Positions 21,498 through 35,856 of a stretch of DNA of 64,000 nucleotides are shown one piece after another. Every line of letters starts with the position of its first letter. The first letter of the stretch is position 1. Position numbers and translations under genes: made by a program. Below the pieces are notes generated by a model. That model saw nothing but the letters and a program-made list of their open reading frames with translations, ran no database searches and had not been told where the DNA came from. This stretch comes from Eutreptiella sp. 'Long Island Sound 2002' (Eukaryota; Protista; Euglenida), in the NCBI GenBank assembly GCA_964036045.1, contig OZ038378.1, positions 173,848,001 to 173,912,000 of the forward strand. Direction: 5' to 3'.

Positions 21498-23336
21498 GTG
21501 CGCTCATCACTCAGAGCCTCCATGTGTCTCGCCTTTTCAACACAGCATCACACAAACACAGCACAACACGACACAACATAACGTAACATAAACTCAACAC
21601 AATGCAATTGGAGAGTGCGTTCACGCTTGCAGTGTGTTGTAGGTATCTCTTGGCTGCCGGCGACAGCTTTGTTACGACGTGTCACTGGGTGCTGCAATTT
21701 CGCGATTTCGAGTGACAACTTGAACACCCTTGAATTCTACAGCAGTGCATCTGTAGCCTTTGCTAGGGGCCACCTCACTCAGTGCACCAACATTCCCCCA
21801 GAAAATCCAAGGCAACGAAACTGCACAGTCACAGGAGCCCCCCAGGACTGTCAGGTTATGCAGGGCACATGTTGAGCATTTGTTTGCATGCTTAGCACAA
21901 CCTACAACCTGTATCATGCCTTTGCTGCAATCTGGTCACTTTGGTGTTCTTTTCGCTTCATGCCTACGCCCTCTAATTTAAACACATAAGAATGTCCATG
22001 CGGAGCTATATGGTTGTGCCTTGGTGCGCAGTCCATCACCTCCCTGGTGTTCCCTGTCTGTGCTCACCATCAGTGCGGTCATCTCTATCGCTAACCCCCA
22101 CGTCCACTTTGAGGTCACCATCGACGTCACCCAAGTGGCCATGGACTGCGCTCTACAACAAGGAGCCTTTCCCAAAGCCCCCAACGGTCAAAGCCACAAA
22201 AACTAATGGAGCCATGGCCAACCAAAAGCATTCAACCCAAAGACCCTTCACAAGGTACTGCATCAACCAGCTGCTGAGCACTTCCACCCCTACTTCACAT
22301 TTTTGCACTGCTTCAGCATTTGCAACATGAAACTCTCACAATGGGGGATATTTCAGCAACCGTCTTTTTCGTCGTAGGCCCAAGTGTGCTCTAGGTAGTT
22401 GTGTGTGTTTCGGAGTAGGGGCTAGGTACATGAAATTAGAGCTCCTGCTTCTGCTTCAATACCCTTCTGCATCGTCAGACATGTTATACAATGATCAAGT
22501 AGCTAAAATTGCATGCAGCCTACCCCCAACTGAGTATGAGCCAACAGGGGCTGAGGGATCTGGTGGTATCCGGTGGACCTTCCATTGCATGGCTACTTTC
22601 GATTGGGTGTTTTGGACTTTAGGGCTACCGTGAACCACACAAATGGACAAATTGGTTGCCAGGGAATGTATTCCAAGAGGGCTGTGGAGTTGCAGGTCTC
22701 CAAAGCGAGCAAAGGTGTCATGACTCCTGCCTCATCAGCTCAAAGCGGGGAGGAGTTGGATAGCCCCTTGGATAGCGCTGATCGGAGCATTTAGGGCTGA
22801 ACGCTTGCCTGGCGGGCACCCAACGCAGCAACATTTGCATATACTGGAGCATGGAATATTGATGGTGTGCAACATGCAGTCTGAAAGTCGAAGCTGCCTC
22901 CCATCCCCAGGAATGGTTAATAACAAGAGACTAAGGGATGAGCACGAGAGATGGTGGAGGTCATGAGCTATTGCCGTGCCAGTTACCCTGAATGTACAGC
23001 CATGGCTTTTTGAAGCACTACAACCAGCATTACATCAAGCGGCTTTTGACAGTGGTACTCTGGCACTGGTGCATCAAGTAGCCAAATGCATTTGGAAGCA
23101 GGCCCCCCCACTCCTGCTTGGACGACAGGTACCATGTATCTCCTTGTGTGTGGCCCATTTCCGATGCAACAAATACAACTGGCATGCAAGATGATGGTGG
23201 ACATGAGACCGCTGTTTGTGCTTTCTGCTATCGAAAGCACATCACACAGCTTGCCTTAGATACGCCCAGGGGGTCCTTAAGGAACTAGATTTTTTTTTGT
23301 TAAGGACCGCCCTTAGGGACCGCCCCAAGGGACCAT

Positions 23337-23566
23337 CAACCGCCAACCACCAACCGCCACCAACCCCCAACCGCCAACCGCCACCAACTGCCAACCGCCA
23401 ACCGCCGCCAACCGCCAGCGGCGACCAACCGCCAACTGCCAACCACTGCCAACCGCCATCAACCACCAATCCCCAACCACCAACCGCCGCCAACTACCAC
23501 CAACTGCCACCAACCACCACCAACCGCCAGTCGCCAACCGCCAACCGCCAACCGCCCACCGCCAAC
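23337..23566 (+). repeat. ACCGCCA-based minisatellite
   Basis: Many degenerate CCGCCAA/CCACCAA units. A short reverse-strand relative occurs at about 44495-44530. Confidence 0.9.
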
Positions 23567-26500
23567 ACATGGTGTGTCCGCGGGCTTTTTTGGGAAAACT
23601 GTGTAATGGAACACTTTTTTTTTTCCCCGTTACGGACCGCCCTGGATACACCCCAAAACAGGCTAGAATCTTGCCACCCAACCAGCCAGATCAACCTGCA
23701 AACCATGCCTGTAGAGCACACAGCTGAACGCCAAACCTCAGGATACAAAGTACACAAAAACGTGACATCTACTGTGCCTCATACACAGTTTTGTCTCAAG
23801 TGTGTGGGTTGATACATGCAGTGCAATCCTTTTCACTGCACTGACCACACGCAGATCTGGGACTGAATTCTGGCTCTGGGTACACCAGCCAAATGCTCCT
23901 CTTCAGTATGCATTGTTTATGAGAGAACGTGTGCATATCTCTTGGGGGCAGTTCAGAATGTGCCAACTCGGTGGGATTTGGCCCCTTTTCCTGGTTTTCT
24001 GAACTTTCAGTCCAATGCACCAAAATATTGTTCCCTCTTGGGGGGTATGTGGATAATTTTTGAAATGTGTGAGAAAAGGCTGTTTCAGAAATGTATGGGT
24101 TAGGGGGGGGGGGTAGGTGGTCACATTTTTGAGCACAGAGCACCAAATGGGACGATGTGCACGAAACATGCACTCCACAGTTTGGACCGCTCATTATTTG
24201 GAGTCCGAATCGTCGTCATCGTTGCCCCTTTCTACACGGGCTGGGACCTCATTGGGGCAGATATCCCCCTGCTTGTGAATGGGCACATATTTCTTGCATG
24301 TGCATGTGCGTGTGCAGAAAATCCTGCTGTAAAGCCTTCGTGGGGTGCACTTTACCATCCCAAAATTGACTTGCAAAAGAAGCGGCCTCTGCGGTGGTCA
24401 GAATCTGGTGTTCCTTGTGGGTGCATGCAGGTTGCTGCGAACCGGCTGTACGGGGCTTTTTTGCTCAGCTGCCAGGCCAGTGCTGAGCCACCTGCACCCA
24501 CTCTGCAACCCCAGGGCGAGCCCTTTTCCGCATTAAAGGCTTTTGTGGTGCATTGGGGGAAGCAACAGCCCGTGAAGTCAACTTGTATGAAGACATGGTA
24601 GCTGCCTGTTGCCAAAAAGAGGCAGCAAGCAACACAGGCATCGTCCAAAACGGACGAAAATCTCAAGCATTTTCGCAGTACAGCATGCAGACCCAGGGTG
24701 TCCCAAATGGCCCTTTTCAAGGGCTTTCTGAATATACCCCACATACCCCATACCTCTGGAACACTCAGTGGGCACAAATAAGGCAACAATGGCACCGACC
24801 CCCGAAAACCCACCGAGTTGGCACAATCGGCAACGTCACAAAGAGATATGCAAAACAGAAACGCTGCCCTTTCGCTGTGAAGCGGAGTGTATTTGTGTCT
24901 AGATTGCTTGTAGAACCCGGCCCCCCGATGTGCTATGCACATAATATTTGGGCCTTCTGGCACTGAGGGCTCCACCACCTATCCAGGGCTGGGCCACTCC
25001 CTGCCATCCTTGTTCAGGATTTGTGTTCCTTTTGGACAACGCCTCAGCGCCACCCTGCCTCATGCGGCGCTTGACTGATCCCTCTTGCTCATCAATTGAT
25101 AGCCGTCGCTTTGCTGTCAGCTACAAGACACCGCACCACAGCACAAAGACAAACTCGCAAATAGGCAGCGGTTCACAGACCAGGCTCAGTTGCCCCCATT
25201 GGGTTGTTTTTGTTGTTGGGGTTGCGTGTGGCTGAGTTGGGGGGTGAGTGCACGGAGATGTCCCTGAGGTTCAGCTTTTGGGTGGGTTGATGGGTTCCTT
25301 GGCACCGGCCCCTTCATACCCGATCCGTACCGTTGCCGATTTTGGGACTGCAGGTGAACCATTAATGTACCCATATGATTGTTCTTTTGGACTGGTGAAA
25401 CCGCTCAGGGTCGCAATGGTCTTCACATGCCTGGCCTCCCAATTGTGCAAATAAAAGGGATATTGGAAATTCCTGGAGGCAGGTGTTGCATCCAAGGGAT
25501 GTCAAAGAGCCATAAGTGTGAGATGCGCTTTCCAATGCTATGACCAGGCGCTGCGTGCTGGTGCAGTCAGGATGCTCTCCCAGAATGGATGCACAGCTGT
25601 GGAAAGAAAGAGACATACCTCCCGCCCAGAATGACGTGGCATGGGCGGGGTGCCCATGGGCATATCAGGACTGCCGCACACGTTGGCTGTGTGTGCAATT
25701 TTTTTGGCGTGCAGTGTGTCTGGCAATTAGCCACTATACTCTGTCTTTGTTTATGCCACTTGGGCCTGACAGAGGATCACAGCATAGCATTGCTGGGAGA
25801 TGAATCCCAACAGACAGCATGCACTGGGCCAGTGATCTGTGAATAGTTTGAGCGCTGTCAGTTGCAAAACAGCCTGCGTTGCAGTCCTCAGTGGGCGTGT
25901 CACAGTGTGTCATGGTTTTCTTTTGGGGTGTAGCAGGTGTAGCTGGCAATGAGGAGGCGGTTCTCTCCGCCGTCTGTCTGTATTGCATCTGCCTCGAGTA
26001 TATATGACGCCACTCTCCTCAATGGCTTCTGTCAATATCCTACCATACACTTCTATATTTACCCGCACACTGCCGTATCAGCAGCGTGGCAGATCGTGCA
26101 CAATCTGCACTCTGTGACATTAGAACTCAGGAGGGAAGGTAGACGCGGAGATGAGGCCCTGAGCCACATATATCACGTGGCACAGCTCTAATGTACATTG
26201 CTGAGTTCCTCTTTCGAGCACAGCTTGACACAGGCGTGCGTGATCCTCAAGACAGAAAGGAACACGATGGGCAGTGTGCGTGCAGTGGAGCTCCAAGCAA
26301 TGGCGTGCGATCGATCGTATGACACAATGGGTGCACGCCGGCTTGGGGCTTGGATCGGAAGAGGCCTGTCCCCACCCTTGAGCTATCGCAAGACTGGGAA
26401 TCAGTGGCATGAGCACGAGTGGTCAACCCAATATGCTACCACGCATGAATATCAGCTAGATTTACAGGGTGTGGGAATGGGACAACCTCTCACACATTAC

Positions 26501-29133
26501 ACATTACACTGTGAAAGCGCAAACCACACAACAGGGCCTGACCGGAAGAAGACTGGAACCTAGCAGCCTGAGTGATTTGACATAGAAAACATGCATGGCC
26601 ATCAAGAGCAGCACCATTGACATTGGGGAGGGGGGGGGTTCACCGCAAATTGTCATTTTGGTAGTTGAGATAGGTTGATGTTGTGAGTTGGCGTGCCCTA
26701 TGGCTCGTTTCCTTGGACCACTTTCCCCTTTCCTGTTTTTCTCTTCCATTTCCTTAATACTTGGCCCTGGAGCGTGTGCAGACCATTGAGGGCTTCCATT
26801 AAATCCCTTGGAGCTCATCAAGGACAAAAGACTGGAAGTGGTTATCTGTTTGCTAGTTGTACAAGCAAGTGGCCCACTTGCGTCTCATCACTAAAAAGGG
26901 TAAGGGATGAACGACAACAAAATATGAAGTGTGAGAGTCACCCTGCTGCCGTCATGCTCCACTGTAATGGAATTGTGCTCTGATTCTGTGGACCGAAATT
27001 GGACTCAATCACCACCTTACTGCATGCCCCGTTTTGCAAAGGCCGGCAACAAAGAGTCCCTGGTACCCTTAATCCAATGAGCAGTATTGCAGAGTGTATT
27101 GACCCACACACGTGGGGACAAAACTGTTTATTAGGCACAACACATGTCCCATGTGTTGAGGAAGTGGAATTTACAGTTTTCGGCTTACATGTTGTGCTGT
27201 GTGCTTTGTAGGGAAGGGTTTGGCATTGATTCTGGTCTGCCTGGGGGGCTTTTCTAGGGGAGGGTAAAACTGGTGCCAAAGTTGGGAAACTTGGTACAAA
27301 AATAGCGTGCTGGGCAAACCTCCACTCTACATGCCCCTGAAAACGTCCTATGAATGCAGAATTATTACTAACTCTTCCTCCACTCTCCCCTGCGTACACC
27401 CTTTTGCCCCCTCACCGTTATGTGTGCACAGACACTACAAAGAGACCCCTTCCCAGACAAAAGTCCATACCCTGTGTGACACAATCCTTTCACCATCTTT
27501 GACAAACCTGAACACTGAACGAAAAGAAGGTCAAAAAACGTGCTCTTAATGTTCGGGATTTCCATCCTGAGGGCTGGCTGCCTGAGTCCCTGCGCATACT
27601 CTCTGCTTGTACTGGCGGTTGTCCATTCCACCTGCATTGTGTCCCCAAACGGATCAAAAAGGCAGTTGCATGCTGTCATTTCACATGTGCATGACGTCGC
27701 ATATGCTTGTCAAGTGCAACTGGACAGTGTGGCAAAACAGTCAGCCGAGCAAAACAAATGGGCATGCAGGGATTGGTCAGGTCCGATCTACTGTATACCC
27801 TGCCACTCCCTTGTCCAATACACATCGTTCTATATCAGAAGAGCATGGTGGAGTCAGTTGCCAGTGAATGGACCCCCCCCCCCCCCGCATCTTAGTTGGT
27901 TTATTGGTTTGGTGAATGAACTTGTACGAGCGATGACCGTATGGCCTGTGTCACAGGGGCTATATCGGTCGCTAAGTATGCGTTGCTTCACAGCCCATCT
28001 TAATTGGCGCCCTCAGCCGTACAAGACAATCCCCCCCCCCCCCTTTTCTGTAACAAGTTGTTGGCTCCATGATAGCTCTCCAAAAACCCTAGAATGTCGG
28101 AGAAACTGGGAGATGAATCCATTGCCAGCTGCACAAAAGCACACAACCAAATTTCCATCAATTTAAGAACCCCATGCACAGCCCACAAAGCTGATGTAAA
28201 AGGGATTTGGTGGACTTTGGAGATATGTTGAGTTGTTGGCCCCCCTATGGGCGTGCTATTGGCTCCCTCAGCAGTGATGCATGGATCATGGATCATGAAT
28301 CATGGCCCGGGCCATTGACATGAGGTGGAAGGGTGGTAGTAGATGATACCTGACTGAAGGCTGAGTGGATAGCACACTCTCTGGGTACCTACCCATGGGC
28401 ACTGGTGACCGACTGTGCAAATCACAGTTTTCACCAACTTTGTGTTAATGACCCACCGGTGGTGCATGACCTCTGGCGAAGTGGCGCACATGGATTTGTG
28501 GGAGGCTATTCTGTTGGAAAGGGAATGAGCCGGAATCTTGGTGCAGCTGGAATGGGTGTTGTTGCATTTGGGTGTGAATGAGAGTGTGGCTGGGTTAGCA
28601 GAGGATGGTCGGCTGGTGCAACCTGACAACGGGCCAAAAAGGGCCAAGAAACGTTGGGAGGAGGAATTTGTAGTGCGAAACACGAAGGCACCGTTGGCGG
28701 GGTGAGAGGCGTTGGGTTGCAATCAACGGGGGGGGGGGGGGGGGAGCAGCAGGTGATTCCTTATCCCAGTCTGCCTCCACAGACGCTTGGCTTTGAACCA
28801 TGGCGAGTCTGGAGGCCATGATCCTCTGGCTCAAATGCGAAGGTGGGTCCTCTCTTTTTTCACAGATCTTGCAAGCTGGGAGGGCAACGTGGTAACACCA
28901 AGCGCATGAGCCATGCTCATTAATGCACTGTTCATACAAAATGTGAAAAAATGGTAAAAAAACACAAAAAAAATTTCCGAATATCTCAGAATAAAAATAC
29001 TTAGCATAGAAAACGCCTGACGCAAAACAAGGGGTGCAAAATGCGCTGACACGCTACGGGAAAAGAGGCAAATAAAAGCTTCGTACGGTTGCTCTTATCA
29101 TGCCTGCATGCGCTTGTACCTTCGCACCCACAG

Positions 29134-29348
29134 GAGTTGCTTTTCCGATTTTCTTACTTCTGTGGAGCAATGATCGAAGATGTGTGTCTGCCGGAACTCC
29201 CATGGAAGGAAACCTTTGAGCCACCGACGCCGAGCTTCAAAAGCCTGTCATGCACATCCCATCATGTGCGGTTGTTGCAAACCTTGGCTGAGATGGGCGA
29301 TGGTGATATGCCCGGAGGCTCATTACTGGCCACAATGGACATCATCAG
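29134..29348 (+). CDS. Exon A of a predicted spliced gene encoding an IQ-motif protein
   Basis: CACAG acceptor and CAG|GTACTG donor. Reads ELLFRFSYF...LLATMDIIR and ends in phase 2, in frame with exon B. Confidence 0.5.
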
Positions 29349-29816
29349 GTACTGTTGGGGGATCTTTAGTCTACTGTGCACGGTTGCAGAAAGCCAGTTC
29401 TCATCCTTCGTTTCAGATCAGACTGCTTTGGCGGGCACAGTGGGTAAGGTGTGGGAGAGAAGCGGGACTGAAGCAGGGCAGGGAAGGGCAGACCATGAAA
29501 AAGGAACACAAGTAGACAGAATATATTTTGCTCAATCTGCTTCACAACAGCAGAAGAAGTTGCAAACATGTGTCTTCATGAAGTGTCTGCGTAATGCAAA
29601 TATAGCCTGCTTCCAACAGTTCAGCATTCTTCACATGTATTGTGCCACCACCACACCTTGTGCCAACATCCCGTTCTACAAAACGAGACTCCATGTTGCT
29701 GTTGACTTCGTGAGCCATGTTTGTGTGACAAAAAGCGGAGTTGGGGGGTACTGCTATGGCACTTTGGCGTGTACTGCCTCGTCAACAAGGCTTACATTCA
29801 CTGTGTTCTTTCTCAG

Positions 29817-29909
29817 ACTTGTGTTGGGCCTTGCAGAAGTCGCCATGAAGTACCTGTTCAGAGTGAAAAATCGTACAAGAATGGCCCTGCGTTTGCAGCG
29901 AACGTTCAG
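29817..29909 (+). CDS. Exon B, start of an IQ-like motif (ALRLQRTFR)
   Basis: TTCTTTCTCAG acceptor, CAG|GTAGAC donor, phase 2 to phase 2. Confidence 0.55.
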
Positions 29910-30000
29910 GTAGACCAAGAAACATCTCGGACCGTAAAGTGTCTTACCGTAAAGGGGGCTTCCTTTGTTATGGTTGTTAAGGGCACCGCTTTTCAGGGAT

Positions 30001-30108
<108 letters not shown>

Positions 30109-31997
30109 CCCGGGAAGACACGCCTTGGGATTGAGTCCCTCCCGCCTGTGACAGTCAGTGCATGATATGACTGTTTCTTCCTTCTCCCCGCCTCCTTTGA
30201 GCTTCATTGTAGCATATGCAGGTTGCTGAAGTGCAGGTGGTTTCAATCCCTTCCCCTTAATGTCGTACCAGGGGTCTTGGGCGGGTGCGTTTTCCCGCAA
30301 CCTGTGGGGACATGCATAGGTACTAGCACCCGTTTCTTTGTGCAAGCCTGTGCCTCAGCTACGCTGGCATGGGCTGGAAAGAGACGGTAGTCCACGCTGA
30401 GGGGCACGCTGGTCGTTTGCATCCCCCCCCCCCCCCCCTCCCGGCCCCTTCCCCTGTACTGCAGAAAGGTGGCTGGTGCCGTCATGCAACCAAATGCCTG
30501 TTCTTCTGTCACTTGGCGAGCAGTTCACACTGGAGCCTGTTTTGTGCTGCTACTTCTGTGTGTGTGTTTGTGTGTGCGTGTTGTGCATGCATGCATGCGC
30601 GCGCGTGCGTGCGTGTTCCCATAGCATTGTTTGTCCAGCTCTCCATGTTTATGGCCTTTGAAGTGCGGCTACCCAGTGTTGTGCCTACAGTGGGTGTCGC
30701 TTTGGCGATGTGTGTGTCTGTGGTTCAAAGGATGCACACAACCTTGGAGTTGCATTTTGTTGGCTGTTTTGCTTCTGCCCATGCAAATCGCTTTGCACCG
30801 AGGGGTAATTCCATGCACCATGCGCACACTGTGCAACTATTTCCTGGGCATGCACCCTTGCAGTGCAATGTCCCAATGTTGCACTTTTCCGGACAGAGGA
30901 AATTTTTGTGTGGGGGACAATTTTGTGGTGACTGTTTTATTTTTCAGATTGGAGTAGAAATACCCCCACCCAGTTTTTTTGCCACAATTTGGGCTGTTTC
31001 TTGCTCGTTCCGCACACCCTCTGGTGGCGGTAGGCAGGTACTGTTGTGTTGTTGTTGGCAGTCGGTTTGTTTGTCATTCCTGTTTGCTTTCTTGAGAATG
31101 AGGACTTCGTCGTCGTGCATTAGCTGATCTGGTCGAAAACAACAAGCCATGGCAGTTTGTTGCTGATGTCTTTGACAATCCAGCTGCACATGGTATTTCA
31201 ATGCCGCAGGGAGTCACAAGTATTCCTCAACGCTGGAGGTGCGCGTTGGATGAAACCCATGAACTTCAGTTCATGTGCACCTAGACACAGTCGCGGAAGA
31301 CCTTCAAGCAAAATTTAGGGGTGCCGAAACTTCCCGCAACTCATTGTCCAAAAAAAAAAGCACCCAAATTTGGGGGTATTTGACTTTTCCCTGCCTGAAA
31401 TTGTCCTCACACAAAGTCCCCCCCCCCCCCCCCCTTGGTCCATGTCATCAGTGTACAGCAGCAATTCATTCGTTGTTGTGTGGCTGATTCTGATTCATTT
31501 TGTGGCGACCAACATTCCAACAGGAAAAGCCCATCTGCTCTGTGTTTGCTTCATCTATTCTTTCACCAATGTGATGTGCCCCCTTCCTCATTGCATTCAC
31601 CTCAACTCACACAGCTGCACTTATGCACCCCGAATGCGAGGATCCAGGACAACTGCCGCCTCAACCGACAAAATTTTTGCTGCGGTTGGGACAGGGATTG
31701 TTTCCTATTGGTGGTTGGGGCGTTGGGGTGGATGCAAGTGCTTGCACAGGACAGAGGTGGGCGGCTGGGTGGGGCGAGGTTCAAGAGGTACCTTTCAGAC
31801 ATCGAGCTCTCCTCTGAGGTGACACGCAGGGAGTCAGACCTGTGCATGGGAGGGGGCATCAGAATACTTGGGCAAAATCCTTGGAACCAATGGCTACCTA
31901 ACCTGCCACTCCCTTGAATAGTCCCCCCCCCCAATGCAGGATGGTGTCCCCCACCCTTGGCAGAAACTGCCTTCAAATGATGGCGTTCCCCCAGGGC

Positions 31998-32345
31998 ACT
32001 GGTGTGGCTCGAGCACACAGCAGCGCAATGGATATGAAGTCTGTGATGAACAATACACTGGACTTCGGGGTTGAAATGCCACAAGAGAATCCATCAGTGC
32101 CTCCAAAGTGCTGTTTGGGTGTCGATGAAACATTCTACTGCCTTGTGGAATTCTGCCATTCTTAACAAAACAAAGAGGAAAATATTACACAAGAAATTTT
32201 TCCGGGGATATTAATTCTTTTGGAAGTGTTCCCTCACAGCCCCCAACCCCCCCACCCCCGTCGGCAAGACCAGGACGCCTGGATGGTGCCGTCGAACACT
32301 GATGTGGTTTGTAGGTACTGGTGACCCTCAGAGGGCCGAGGGGGA
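31998..32345 (+). repeat. Left arm of a roughly 350-bp near-perfect inverted repeat
   Basis: Reverse complement of 35180-35529 with only a few substitutions. Confidence 0.95.
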
Positions 32346-33267
32346 TGGCAGGTCATATGTGTTTGGAAGCATCATCGTGGTACCATCCTATGAGGGAGTC
32401 CTGTACATGATGCACGTGCGGTGTGCGCGCAGTGCGTGCGCAGTGCATGTATTTGGGGTTATTCAACGGACTTACCCACCTAGTTTATAGGGCAGTGCAT
32501 GCTTTTCCAGGCTGTAAAAGGTATGGCCATTGCACATACTGCGCTGTGCCCCCCCCCCCCCCCCTTACAGTATCAACCATGTCCCTTTCATGGCAGCCTG
32601 TGGGCATCACTGTCACTTACACCCGATCAAATGGTAATAGGATGCCTGCCACCATCATCTCTCCGTCCGAATGTTGGCAGCACGCGAACATTGAGTATGC
32701 CGAGGATGCCGAGGATCACTGTGTGTCTCACCCCACGGTGCCTGCTCACCGAATCCAAGTTTGCATATGTAGTCCGTCCCCCTCCCCAGACGGAGACCTT
32801 GAGGAATATCAGGACCCTGATGTTGAAGAAGACCCGGTTGATCGAACAGCTTTCAAGAATAAACGGCAAGCATCCAGGAGCCTCCAAGCATTTTCACCAA
32901 GCAGCCACAAACCTGTAGAAAGTAACAACAGGCAGCCCAGAGCCCTCCAGGGTATACCATTTTTAGGAGTTCCAAGGATTGATCATTTCCCCATAGCTTG
33001 TCCCAACACGTTATGCAGTGCGCGCGGTGCAGGTACTACCTCCGTCTTTTCGGGTATTTGCTGTGATTTCCTGGACGCCCTTTCCAGGTGGTTCTGGGGA
33101 AAATGTGTTAGTGACAGTGTCCCCCCGTTGAAGGGGCGGGGTTGGTCCGTTGTGCTGCAATTTGAATGTGTGTGTGTGTGTGTGTGGGTGTTGGGGTGGA
33201 GCAGATCTTCTGTTTCCATCCAAGGGTCCGGGGCTGTTGCGCCCCATTCCGCACCGCTTGTCCGCAG

Positions 33268-33400
33268 GAAATTCATTTTGTTGCGGGACCGCCATCTGTG
33301 GGACATGATGAATGCTTGGAACGCAGCTGAGACTCTTGCTCGGCGACATTTGGCATTCGCCACTAGTGGGCCTGCCGGCCCTGCTGTACCCATGCTGCAG
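33268..33400 (+). CDS. Exon C of the IQ-motif gene
   Basis: CTTGTCCGCAG acceptor in phase 2 joins exon B to give LQRTFRKFILLRDRHLW. Donor CAG|GTCGGT. Confidence 0.5.
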
Positions 33401-33865
33401 GTCGGTCTGTGTGCCTGTGCCAAGAAGGGGCCCCGGTACCGCAACAAATGTGCGTAACACATTGGACCGGATGTATGGGGCAGTCTGCCCTTTGGCCTTT
33501 TGATGGTCCGATGCGCCCGTCCGGAGAGTGTGCGGGGCACAGATCTCCCGGAGGTTAAGGGGCAGCGACCAGCCGAAGGGCAGTGCCCCGAGGGTCGTGC
33601 GGTACGGACTCTCAGGGGGTGGGCGGAGACCAGCCGCGCTTGATTGAGGGGGGGGGAAGGGGCCCAGTCCCAGTCTTCCAAAAAACAGGAAACAAATGAC
33701 AATGTGAACAGTCCACTCGTACCCCCATGACCCCCCGACAGTGCCCCTCCCCCCCACAAATGATCTGGAAGAACAAAGAAGTCACCGGACATCCGGTTGT
33801 GCTACAACCCCCTTTTTTATGGTGCCCCCGTGTTGCTGCTGAGATGAGTTGTTTTTGCTGTGAAG

Positions 33866-34139
33866 ACCGTGAGGCGGCTTTGCGTGTGCCCCCGGATGTC
33901 CCTGACAAACAAGTGTCATACCCAGAGAAGACAGGTCCCCTCTGCAAGCAGCGCCCTGTCCGAACAGCCCTGAGGAGGTGCTGTTTCTCTCCCTTTGTGA
34001 AGTCCTGGAACGATCCATTTTTTTTTCTTTTAAGCGTTTTAGATTACATGCAGTACTCAATGAGACCCCGCACTACGTGCCGCTCAGTATTACACATCCA
34101 GAAATCATTGAGAGCCAACCGGGCACTTCGGGCCGCTCA
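33866..34139 (+). CDS. Exons C2 (33866-33977) and D (34035-34139), second IQ motif
   Basis: A 57-nt GT..TTTTTCTTTTAAG intron joins ...RTALR-S-VLDYMQ...VLHIQKSLRANRALR. Exon D ends at CA|GTAAGA. The C-to-C2 junction phase is unresolved. Confidence 0.45.
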
Positions 34140-35179
34140 GTAAGACCCGCCCCCTTCATACACAGAACTCAGTGAGAACCGCCCCCGCGATGTGCAACTC
34201 AGTAATACCCGGCCCATTCACATTCCGAATTTAGTGACCACACCCCCGCACCATGTGGAATCGGCAACAGCCCTTCCAGACAAACATCCCGTCGTGGCCA
34301 AGGGACTCTGCAAGATCACAGCAGCAGAAAATGGGGGACTGCTGAAGCAGCACTGCGGGCGGCCTCAGCACGACGGGTCCTGGTATCCCGGTGTTCATGT
34401 CCCCAGGTCCCCACTGCGCTTTGTCCTGTGGACTGCAGGTGCTGATTAATCCCAGTGTCCACAGCGCGCGTTCACAAATGTGGCGTTTGTTTGTTGTTGC
34501 GGAGCACATCCACAACGGGTTCAGTGAGGCGGGTGGGGACAGGGGACCCGAAGGTGCACGGGTGCGGCACGCGCGGCGTCCGTGCAACGCAGCCGAAATT
34601 GTCCAGGGCACCCCAACTCATCGATCGATGCACCGACAGCCTTCTGCGATGTCGCGTCCTGAGAATGCCCAAAGATGAAAGGCCCAGATCCACGGTTTGC
34701 CTTTGGGAGGGGGCATTGCTGCGTGGCCCATGGTATGGGGGCTCGTCCCCATGGAGTAGAATTGAGTCCATCGAGATGTGAAGGGGGTGGGTCTTACTGA
34801 GTGCGTCGTGTGCATGGCCTTGGGTGATGTGTGCCTTCGACACCCCACGACAGGTCACCGAACCGACCCAAGCGTTTTGTACCTGCGGCCGCAACGGTCC
34901 CGCGCCGGGGCGTGACTTGGGGAATGCTTTGTCCAACTTTTCCTTCGGGGGCAGCCGGCCCGCCCGCGCCCGCGCCCACGCTGCTGTTGGTGCCCCGGGG
35001 GATGCCGGCGGTGACGACGCAACGCAGATGCAGGTGTGGCTGTGCACGATGAGAGAGGGTGGCGGGTCACGGGCGTTGGCGAGGGTTTGAGCATACCGGG
35101 AGGGGGCCTGCTCCTTTGGCCATGCTGGAGGCGATATGTGGACCGCAGCCCGGCGCCGCTTTACCATGTCACCACGACG

Positions 35180-35529
35180 TCCCCTTCGGCCCTCTGAGGG
35201 TCACCAGTACCTACAAACCACATCAGTGTTCGACGGCACCATCCAGGCGTCCTGGTCTTGCCGACGGGGGTGGAGGGGGGTGGGGGGCTGCGAGGGAACA
35301 CTTCCAAAAGAATTAATATCCCCGGAAAAATTTCTTGTGTAATATTTTCCTCTTTGTTTTGTTAAGAATGGCAGAATTCCACAAGGCAGTAGAATGTTTC
35401 ATCGACACCCAAACAGCACTTTGGAGGCACTGATGGATTCTCTTGTGGCATTTCAACCCCGAAGTCCAGTGTATTGTTCATCATAGACTTCATATCCATT
35501 GCGCTGCTGTGTGCTCGAGCCACACCAGT
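35180..35529 (-). repeat. Right arm of the 350-bp inverted repeat
   Basis: See 31998-32345. Confidence 0.95.
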
Positions 35530-35856
35530 TGCCATTGCTTCATATTGTACAGCAGGTGTGCCTTTTTTTGACACTTTCCATGCAACGGTACCTCGTAGCA
35601 AGGTCCATACAGGAACCCAACAGTGTGGCAATGCTCCAATACGGCGTTCTATCACCGCCTTTGCGACGCTGGTGGGCAGTACTGACTCCTGTTGCAGCAC
35701 ACCTGCGTGGTCTGTCCCATGCAGTGAATACCATGGCAGGGGCCTTTGGTGTCACCCAAAATTGCTGCAACTACCAGCGCCACGGTGGTGTCAGCGGTAC
35801 TCTCCGTTGCAGCCCCTTACAGAGCTCCCCCACATGGGCCATCTAGGTGCTTGTAT

